The notes beneath the pieces were generated by a model that worked only from the letters and a program-made list of their open reading frames with translations, was not told the origin of the DNA and made no database searches. DNA of 64,000 nucleotides from assembly GCA_015486015.1 (NCBI GenBank), contig WFSL01000022.1:43746-107745 (forward strand), read 5' to 3'. The DNA comes from Aquificota bacterium. GTDB lineage: Bacteria; Thermosulfidibacterota; Thermosulfidibacteria; Thermosulfidibacterales; B14-G1. This document shows, in pieces, positions 27,965-34,750 of the stretch (the first letter of the stretch is position 1; each line of letters begins with the position of its first letter). Made by a program: the position numbers and the translations under genes.

Positions 27965-28615
27965 TTAGGGCTGCTTGTCGAAGAAGTAGACCAGGGAGAC
28001 AAGGGTGTCTTCGCTTTTGGTGCAACTCCAGGCATAATTTCCGTTCCTCACTGTGGTTCCAATTAGCTCCCTAATCCGACCTACCCCGGCATTTAGGCCA
28101 TTGTCTATGGACTGGTCGATCATCTTTGCTACCCAGCAGGGAATATTGTTGACGGCGATCACATTGTAGTTCACGCCGTTCACCGTTTCATAACCCAGGT
28201 AGAAGGGCCCATTAAAGGCGTTCTTGAATGCCTGCCTGTTGGGGGCAGTCTTGTCAGCGATGCCCGCCCATTTGAGGTCGTTGAAGGGCCTGTCATCGGT
28301 TCCACCGGTGGCGGAACAAGGGGTTGTGGGGGCGGTGGTGCTTGTATCTAAGTAGGCCAAGGTCCAGTGACCATTGACATGATTGTCAATGGTGCCGTCG
28401 GGACTGTAGGCTGGGCAGTCGCCGGGGAACCTGCCATACCTGTCATAGAAGGTCCAGGCCATAGCCTCTAAACCCCTCATGTCGTTGAGGGTCCTCTTTG
28501 CCCTGGCATTGTTGATAAGGGACTGACCCTTGAGTATGGCCCCCAGGATGATTCCGATGATCACCAGGACAATGGCCAACTCGATCAGTGTAAAACCTCT
28601 CCTGTCCTTCAGCAT
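27965..28615 (-). CDS. Type IV pilin-like protein (prepilin-type N-terminal cleavage/methylation domain), 216 aa
   Basis: Leader MLKDRRG, then FTLIELAIVLVIIGIILGAIL (G-1, F+1, E+5). Four Cys in the globular part. It has its own promoter and a strong SD (AAGGAGGTG). Confidence 0.8.
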   Translation of the reverse strand: MLKDRRGFTLIELAIVLVIIGIILGAILKGQSLINNARAKRTLNDMRGLEAMAWTFYDRYGRFPGDCPAYSPDGTIDNHVNGHWTLAYLDTSTTAPTTPCSATGGTDDRPFNDLKWAGIADKTAPNRQAFKNAFNGPFYLGYETVNGVNYNVIAVNNIPCWVAKMIDQSIDNGLNAGVGRIRELIGTTVRNGNYAWSCTKSEDTLVSLVYFFDKQP

Positions 28616-28707
28616 CCTCTCACCTCCTTAAGTTTGATCTTTTGGCTGCAAACGCTTCATCCTCCCCCTTCCAAGGCATCACCTCCCTTTTTGAAATTTT
28701 GATTTTT

Positions 28708-28735
28708 AGAATAGCCTCTTAGGAATGCTTGTCAA
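28708..28735 (-). promoter_or_regulatory. Candidate sigma70-type promoter of the 216-aa pilin gene
   Basis: Minus strand: TTGACA (28735-28730), 16-nt spacer, TATTCT (28713-28708). It predicts a purine-rich leader of about 85 nt. Confidence 0.45.
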
Positions 28736-28776
28736 GTGTAAAATATTTTTACACATAAATGACAAAATTTTTACAC
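28736..28776. promoter_or_regulatory. Candidate operator: GTGTAAAA-TAT-TTTTACAC palindrome plus a third TTTTACAC half-site
   Basis: Perfect 8-3-8 palindrome at 28736-28754, directly abutting the -35 element. It contains TGT-N11-ACA. A third half-site at 28769-28776 is 22 bp centre to centre from the second one and overlaps the kinase stop codon. This is an AT-rich island in a GC-rich locus. Confidence 0.4.
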
Positions 28777-30525
28777 ACGCAGGTCCTTGGGTAAGGTCAC
28801 CTTAAAGACCGTTTCTTTGTCTTTATGGTAAAGGCTTACTTCCCCTTTTAGCACCTTTATGGTCTCCTTTACGGTATAAAGACCCAGCCCCGTACCCTGG
28901 GGCCTTGTGGAGAAGAAAGGCTCGAAGATGCGATCATAATCTTCTGGAGGCACGGGTGCCCCATTGTCTGCCACCTCTATGATGACTTTGTCCTCCTTTT
29001 GCCAAAATCTGAGGGTGATTCGGATGGAAGACGGATCCTTCTGGTAGGCATTCATCAGCAGGTTCTCCACCACTGTGGTCACCATGGTATCGTCTGAGAA
29101 TAGTTGCACGTCCCCTCCTTGAATCTTGATCCTATCCTTGAACGGAAGGGACTCTACCAACCTTTCCATGGACCCCTTCAGAGAGAAGGAATGGGGCTTA
29201 GGGGGAGGAGGGGCCAGGGCGGTGAGGTTGTCAATAGCCTTGTGGGTTCGCTGATCCAGGAGGGCAAAGAGGGCCTCCAAATCCCCTTGGGCCTCTTCGG
29301 GGGATTGATGAGTGTAGAGGGGGAGGTTCTGGCGGTATAGTTTTATCGTCTGGGCCAGATTTTTCAGGTCATGGGCAATAAACCGGTTGAGCTTTTCGAC
29401 CAGATCCAGTCTCTCCTCAAGGACCCTTCTCTCTTGGGCCATAATGGTGGTCAACTGGTGGGCCAAGAGGGTGGTGAGGATGGAGGCGGTCCTATTGTCC
29501 AATTTGTCAGGGCTGTGAAAGAAGAAGAGGGTGAGGCTCGTCCTCCATTGGTGATCTAAGGGTTGCTCATGGGTGATCTGGTGGGGGGTTTCCTGGCCTG
29601 CCTGGTGGCGAAAGGCCTCTTTACCCTCAATGAAGAGTGCACCCTGGGCGCCAGCAAGGGTGCCGTTCTTCAAGAGCTGCTCCACGAATTCTTTTATGGT
29701 CTCTCGGTATCCCCTGGCATCTGTGGATGATGTGAGGATCTTAGCAAGGAGGCGATGCAGGTCCACCCTCTCTCTGTACAGGTGCATCAGCAGATAGGAG
29801 CGTATCCTGGGCCAAGAGACCCCAACGAGCCCAAGGACCATCCCTGAGACCACCAAAAACCGGGTAGTCCTGATGAGGGAGCCCCCCTGGGTCGCTACGT
29901 TCAGCAACATCACCACCAGCACATAAACGGCCACGAGGAAGAATGCCAGGCCTTTTACCGTCATCTCCATGGATGGCCTCACCTGGATGCGCAGGACCTC
30001 GCCCTTCACGGAAGTGGCTAAGGCCGAGAGATTGACGGCCTCCATGATGCAGAGCCAAAAGGCCGCTGCCGTCTTTGACTCCTTAGGGTTTAAGGCATTG
30101 TGGAGGACCGTAGGCGCATAGATGTATATTGTGGCGAATATGGGGGGGATGAGGAGCAGGAGGAAGAGGATCCTGTCCGATGGGCCCTGAAAGCTACGCG
30201 AGACGTTCTCCATCACAAGGATGAGTAGAAGGGCCAGGATAATAGCGCTCAAGGGGAGCAGAGGGTTAAGGAACAGGGGAGGGATGAGTACCAGCAGGGG
30301 GAGAAAGAGGATCAGCCTCCAGGCCCTTCCAGCAGGCAGTGCCATGAGCGCCATAGTAAGGTAGAGGAGTGCAAGGGTGAGGGTGACGCCCTTCACAAAG
30401 AGGGGTGGTGGCAGGGAGGATGTGATCAGCCCCATTGCCAGGGATAAAAGGAGCAGTAGGTTTGCGGGCCTTTTGAGGGGAATAATGATCGCGGCTAAGG
30501 GTATCAGGGTGACGAGTGGCCACAA
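28771..30525 (-). CDS. Polytopic sensor histidine kinase (PilS/PrsK-like architecture)
   Basis: The N-terminal 250 aa or so are almost entirely hydrophobic (about 8 TM segments). H-box FIAHDLKNLAQ; ATP-binding boxes NLLMNAYQ, VADNG and GTGLGLYTV. The TTG start at 30525 is uncertain. Confidence 0.8.
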   Translation of the reverse strand: MWPLVTLIPLAAIIIPLKRPANLLLLLSLAMGLITSSLPPPLFVKGVTLTLALLYLTMALMALPAGRAWRLILFLPLLVLIPPLFLNPLLPLSAIILALLLILVMENVSRSFQGPSDRILFLLLLIPPIFATIYIYAPTVLHNALNPKESKTAAAFWLCIMEAVNLSALATSVKGEVLRIQVRPSMEMTVKGLAFFLVAVYVLVVMLLNVATQGGSLIRTTRFLVVSGMVLGLVGVSWPRIRSYLLMHLYRERVDLHRLLAKILTSSTDARGYRETIKEFVEQLLKNGTLAGAQGALFIEGKEAFRHQAGQETPHQITHEQPLDHQWRTSLTLFFFHSPDKLDNRTASILTTLLAHQLTTIMAQERRVLEERLDLVEKLNRFIAHDLKNLAQTIKLYRQNLPLYTHQSPEEAQGDLEALFALLDQRTHKAIDNLTALAPPPPKPHSFSLKGSMERLVESLPFKDRIKIQGGDVQLFSDDTMVTTVVENLLMNAYQKDPSSIRITLRFWQKEDKVIIEVADNGAPVPPEDYDRIFEPFFSTRPQGTGLGLYTVKETIKVLKGEVSLYHKDKETVFKVTLPKDLRV

Positions 30526-30530
30526 GCGAG

Positions 30531-31190
30531 TCAGTTTTGCGCCCCCCTTCTTATCCCGTGTTTCCTCAAGAGGTAGTAAAGGGCCTCCCTGCTTATCTTC
30601 AGGAGCCTTGCAGTGCGCATCACATTGAATCCCGTGATGCTCAGGGCCTTCTCTACAATCTCCCTCTCGAACTTGTCCCTGAGCTCATTTAGCCCCTCGG
30701 AGAAGGCATACTCAGTGAGTGGGGAGGTGCCTTCTTCCCCCTGGACGATCCCCATGTCCCTCTGGATGGCCACCTCCCTCCCCTCCCTCCTCCGGATCTC
30801 CTCCTCGATCTCTCTGATAAATAGGGCCCTCTTTACCGATAGTTCCAGGGTCTCGGGCTCCGCTGGCTTCATGATGTAGTCGAATGCCCCCGAGGCTATG
30901 GCCTGAACGGCGGCCTCCTTAGATGTCTGCCCCGTGAGCACTATCACCTTTGTGCCCCTTTCGACCAGTGGAGGGATGAGGGAGAGCCCACCCTCTGGGG
31001 AGTCCTCGAAGGGGGGTAAACCAAGGTCCAGAACGGCCACCTGGGGGGTGAAACCCTCAAGGATGTCCAGGGCCTCCTCTTTGCTAAAGGCAGTAATCAC
31101 GTTGTAATCCATCTGGGCACTGAATAGGAGCTTCAATTGTTTGGCCAGAACCCTGTCATCTTCTACAATAAATAAATTGGCCTTTGGCAT
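30531..31190 (-). CDS. Response regulator: receiver + Fis-type HTH, no AAA+/sigma54-interaction domain
   Basis: 219 aa. Acidic pair VEDD, phospho-acceptor context VAVLDLGLPP, conserved Lys in DYIMKP. C-terminal TARLLKISREALYYLLRKHGI. Only about 45 aa of linker separate the two domains. Confidence 0.8.
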   Translation of the reverse strand: MPKANLFIVEDDRVLAKQLKLLFSAQMDYNVITAFSKEEALDILEGFTPQVAVLDLGLPPFEDSPEGGLSLIPPLVERGTKVIVLTGQTSKEAAVQAIASGAFDYIMKPAEPETLELSVKRALFIREIEEEIRRREGREVAIQRDMGIVQGEEGTSPLTEYAFSEGLNELRDKFEREIVEKALSITGFNVMRTARLLKISREALYYLLRKHGIRRGAQN

Positions 31191-31193
31191 TTC

Positions 31194-32114
31194 TTACTTG
31201 TCGCTGAGGTTGTATTTGCTCCCGTATCTTTTCCCGTAGATCTGGCAGTTGCCATTGGCGTCCACGGCCTGGGCATCGCTGAAGTCTATGCCATTGTCCG
31301 TCCCGGGACCATCAGCATCCAAGCGGAGGCATATCCACCCAACCTTCCTGTAAACGCAGATCCTTCCTGTGTTGTCCACCTGGAAGGTGTCTCCGTTCTT
31401 TTTAGAGGTGAGGCCTGAGCAATAGAATACGAAGGTGGGGCAGGAGGAAGAGGTGGGGTGGCTCACATACACTATTGAGCCGGTGTTGGTGACAGCATAG
31501 CTGCTGCAGCCCATACTTCCCATATTGGCGCACAACAATCCTGCCAGATACGAGAGGGAGAGCTCGCCCACAATATCATCGTTGCTTGACGATATGATCT
31601 TGGACTCGTCCTCATATATTCGATCGTTGGAACCTTTGGAAATGTCGGCGTCCTGGCCATCGGGGGTATGGTTCTCCCCAGGGCTGAAAAAGACAGCGGC
31701 CATCTCTCCCGATGAGGTCTGGGGATAATCGGCAGTGCCGTTGGTGGCCAGTTGGGTAAGCCTTTGGCAGAATTGAGTGAGGGAAGTGCTGCTGGCCAGC
31801 TTATCGTTCACATCGTAGTAGAGCTGGGAGTGCCAACTGTCCTCTCCCCTCACCCCTAAGGTAAGATAAGGTAATCTGCCCGTGGTCTGGTGAGAGTTCT
31901 CCTTGCCATCCCCATTGATGTCTGCCCAGGGGAGCCTCCCTTGCATCTGAGCGAACCCCTGCAAAGCCACCTTCACCTCCTTCACCACAGTCCTGGTCTC
32001 GGTGACCTTGTTCTGTTTCACCAAGAGGCCAAAAAGGGGTATGCCCAATCCTATAACGAGTCCCAAGATCACCAGAGCAATGGCCAACTCTACCAGGGTA
32101 AAACCCCTTTTCAT
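31194..32114 (-). CDS. Large pilin-like protein (prepilin-type N-terminus), 306 aa, Cys-rich C-terminal module
   Basis: Leader MKRG, then FTLVELAIALVILGLVIGL (G-1, F+1, E+5). Eight Cys, seven of them in the last 110 aa or so. DxNxDG-like loops (DINGDGKE, DADGPGTDNGID). ATGA overlap with the upstream gene. Confidence 0.7.
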   Translation of the reverse strand: MKRGFTLVELAIALVILGLVIGLGIPLFGLLVKQNKVTETRTVVKEVKVALQGFAQMQGRLPWADINGDGKENSHQTTGRLPYLTLGVRGEDSWHSQLYYDVNDKLASSTSLTQFCQRLTQLATNGTADYPQTSSGEMAAVFFSPGENHTPDGQDADISKGSNDRIYEDESKIISSSNDDIVGELSLSYLAGLLCANMGSMGCSSYAVTNTGSIVYVSHPTSSSCPTFVFYCSGLTSKKNGDTFQVDNTGRICVYRKVGWICLRLDADGPGTDNGIDFSDAQAVDANGNCQIYGKRYGSKYNLSDK

Positions 32115-33532
32115 TTCCCCACCTCCCCTTTTCTGATCAAGTCCTCCAACTCCTTGAGCCTTTCCTGGGCCTGTTTCCCCGCTGGGGTCTGTGGGTACTT
32201 CTCTGCCACCTCCGAGAGCTCTGACTCAGCCTTCTTCCAGTCCTCTTCGTTCCAATGGATGAGGGCCATCTTTAAGAGGGCATCTGGTACCTTGTTCCCC
32301 GAGGGATAGTCTTTAAGGATGCGCGAAAAACAAGCCCCTGCCTTTTCCCACTCCTTCTGTGCATAAAAACTCTCACCCAGCCAGTAAAGCGCATTATCTG
32401 CCCATGTGCTGTTTGGGAACTTCTTCACCAGCCTTCGAAATACCTCTCGGGCCTCGTCCACCTTCCCATCAACAAAGAGCTGGTATCCCTTTTCATAGAG
32501 CTCTTGGTCCGATAATGGTTGCTCGGTAGGAGGGGGGCTTTTTTTCTGGATGGCAGGGGGCTCCTCTTTTTTGGGAGGTGGTTCCTGGCTACATACAGGG
32601 GTAGCCTTGGGTTTAGCCCTTTTGGCTATTGTCATGAAGAGAGAGGCCCCCAGTAGCAGGGCTACAAGCAGCATTACTGGCAGGAGTATAAATGGGAGCC
32701 TCCTTGTTGAACTCTTATCCCCCTGGATCACCATGGTGTTGTAAGCCCTCTTTATGTATCCTTTATCAATAACGGTCTTCTCATCGGAGTAGGCCAAGAG
32801 CAGTGCCCTTGAGAAGAGGGCATTTATCTTCCTGGGTATCCCCCCGCTGAACCTGTGGACCACTCTTATGGCCCCTTTCCTCACGGTGAGGTTCCCCCTA
32901 CCCGCTTTTGAGAGCCTGAAGAAGATATAGTCTCTCGTTTCTTTGAGGCAAAATGGTTCAAGGGTCTCCTTGATAGTGATCCTCTGGTTCAGTTGGCGTA
33001 GCCTCTTGTCGTTTATTTTATCGAGTAGCTCCGGCTGCCCAACCAATACGATCTGGAGGAGCTTCTTCTTCTCCGTCTCGAGATTTGACAAGAGGCGCAA
33101 CTGCTCTAAGCTCTCTATGGGTAGGTTCTGGGCCTCATCGATCACGATGATGACCCCCTTCTCCTCCTTGGCCTCTCCCAGGAGATATTCAGAAAACACT
33201 CTTATCAACTGATCCTTGGAGGGTACCTCTTCTTTTATCGGGACCTTTAAGTCCCTTAGGATGGCCACCAGAAGCTCTGTGGGGTTCAGGTTTGGGGTAA
33301 GGATGACGGCTACCTCTTTGTTTGGAGGCAGTTCCTTTAAGGCGAGCCTCAACACTAAGGTCTTGCCTACCCCCGCCTCCCCCAGGATCACGGCGAAGCC
33401 TTCGGCGGACCTAAACACATACTTCAGCGCCTCCAGGGCGCCTTGGTGGGATCTCGAGGGAAAGAAGTACTCCGTATCTGGAGTGAGGCGAAAGGGCTCA
33501 TCCTGAAAGCCAAAAAAACCAGTATAGTCCAT
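32111..33532 (-). CDS. ExeA/GspA/MshM-type AAA+ ATPase fused via a TM segment to a CpoB(YbgF)-like TPR domain
   Basis: N-terminal FGFQDEPFRLTPD, Walker A GEAGVGKT, DEAQ box VIDEAQNL. TM segment LPFILLPVMLLVALLLGASLFMTI, then a Pro/Lys-rich linker. The C-terminal region LYEKGYQLF..G....A...F......FPNS..ADNALYWLGESFYA aligns by eye with the CpoB encoded at 63356. Confidence 0.75.
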   Translation of the reverse strand: MDYTGFFGFQDEPFRLTPDTEYFFPSRSHQGALEALKYVFRSAEGFAVILGEAGVGKTLVLRLALKELPPNKEVAVILTPNLNPTELLVAILRDLKVPIKEEVPSKDQLIRVFSEYLLGEAKEEKGVIIVIDEAQNLPIESLEQLRLLSNLETEKKKLLQIVLVGQPELLDKINDKRLRQLNQRITIKETLEPFCLKETRDYIFFRLSKAGRGNLTVRKGAIRVVHRFSGGIPRKINALFSRALLLAYSDEKTVIDKGYIKRAYNTMVIQGDKSSTRRLPFILLPVMLLVALLLGASLFMTIAKRAKPKATPVCSQEPPPKKEEPPAIQKKSPPPTEQPLSDQELYEKGYQLFVDGKVDEAREVFRRLVKKFPNSTWADNALYWLGESFYAQKEWEKAGACFSRILKDYPSGNKVPDALLKMALIHWNEEDWKKAESELSEVAEKYPQTPAGKQAQERLKELEDLIRKGEVGK

Positions 33533-33535
33533 CCC

Positions 33536-34750
33536 CTACCTCTTAATCTTGCCCAGCATATCGTAGATGGGTCCTAAGAGACCTAAGATGATGAGCACGA
33601 GGAGAATTGCAGCCCCTATCAGGACCACGGGTTCCAGGACCTTTGATATGGTCTCCACCATCCTGTTGACCCTATCCATATAGAAGTCGGCGATATAACG
33701 CAATTGGGTATCGAGGTCTCCTGTGCTGGCCCCCACGGTGACCATCCTTATGACCAAGGGCTCGAAGTAGCCAGGCGCCGCAAAGGCCTCCTGGATGGAA
33801 CCCCCCGCCGCCAGCTTCTCTCTAATCTCCCGGATTACCCCACGGATCACCAGGTTTGGTGTGGATCCTTCCATGGTGCGCAGGGCCTCAAATATGGAGA
33901 TGCCCGCTGTGACCAGAAGAGAGAAGTATTCAAAGAAGAAGGCGATGGCAGAGTTCTTTATTATGGGTCCAAAGATGGGGAGTCTCAGGATAATCCGATG
34001 GTAAACCTTTCTTATCCTCTCATCGTACCTTGAGGCCATATGGAACCCTAACAAGAGAACGGGTGGTATGAAGAAGAGGTACCAAGAGTGGTTCACAAAG
34101 CTCACAATGCCAATGAGTATCTTGGTGGTAAGGGGGATGACTATGTTCATAGAGTGGAACATGGTAAGGACCTTGGGCAGCACATAGAGCATCCAGAATA
34201 AGAAGGCCCCCGTCATAGAGATGAGTACGAAGATGGGGTAGATGAGAGCCCTTTTGGTGTTGGATATGATGGTATCTACCCGCTCCAAGTGGTCTGCTGC
34301 GTCTCTCAGCATCTTTCCCAATTCCCCGGTCCCTTCGCCTATCCTCACCAGGCCCACCACGATGTCGGGGATGACCTTAGGGTGTCTGGCCATGGACTCA
34401 GAGAGGAGAAACCCATCCTCAAGGTCTCGGCAGACTGCCTTTAGCACATTCTTCAAGGTCTTATTCTTGGTGGTTTCTGCAAGATCCCTCAGGCTCTGGG
34501 CCAAAGGTAGCCCGCCGGAAACCAGCAGGGAAAGGTTATTACAGAGCTCTATGATGTCACGTCGCTTCACCTTCTGGATGAGAAAGGTTTCCAGTATGGT
34601 GTAGGCGAGCTTAGGGACCTCTTTGACATCCACAAGGGTCATGTCAGAACTGCTGACAAAGCGATCCAAGGAGACGAGGTCGGAGAACTCTCTGAAACCC
34701 GTGACCGTCTCACCCCTTGGTGTGATGGCTTTGTACCAGTAGATTGGCAC
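33536..34750 (-). CDS. Type II secretion / type IV pilus platform protein (GspF/PilC/MshG family)
   Basis: 404 aa with duplicated T2SSF-type cytoplasmic domains separated by TM helices. The GTG start overlaps the ATPase stop by 1 nt. Confidence 0.85.
   Translation of the reverse strand: MPIYWYKAITPRGETVTGFREFSDLVSLDRFVSSSDMTLVDVKEVPKLAYTILETFLIQKVKRRDIIELCNNLSLLVSGGLPLAQSLRDLAETTKNKTLKNVLKAVCRDLEDGFLLSESMARHPKVIPDIVVGLVRIGEGTGELGKMLRDAADHLERVDTIISNTKRALIYPIFVLISMTGAFLFWMLYVLPKVLTMFHSMNIVIPLTTKILIGIVSFVNHSWYLFFIPPVLLLGFHMASRYDERIRKVYHRIILRLPIFGPIIKNSAIAFFFEYFSLLVTAGISIFEALRTMEGSTPNLVIRGVIREIREKLAAGGSIQEAFAAPGYFEPLVIRMVTVGASTGDLDTQLRYIADFYMDRVNRMVETISKVLEPVVLIGAAILLVLIILGLLGPIYDMLGKIKR

Noticed and set aside
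28620-28679. Leader mini-ORFs in the pilin 5' UTR (19-aa MPWKGEDEAFAAKRSNLRR ending in the pilin SD, and a nested 10-aa ORF)
   Set aside because: Their ATGs sit only 0-2 nt after the GGAGG blocks, too close for normal initiation. There is no way to test conservation here. They are kept only as a note inside the leader finding.
28616-28700. A c-di-GMP (GEMM) riboswitch in the pilin leader, given the MshEN ATPase
   Set aside because: The leader is too short and lacks the conserved GEMM-I/II core sequences as far as I can recognise them.
28616-28770. A sigma54 (-24/-12) promoter upstream of the pilin gene, as in PilR-dependent pilA genes
   Set aside because: No TGGCAC-N5-TTGC-like element with correct spacing occurs on the minus strand. 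A TGGC...TTGC pair near glnB (36450-36475) also has the wrong spacing.
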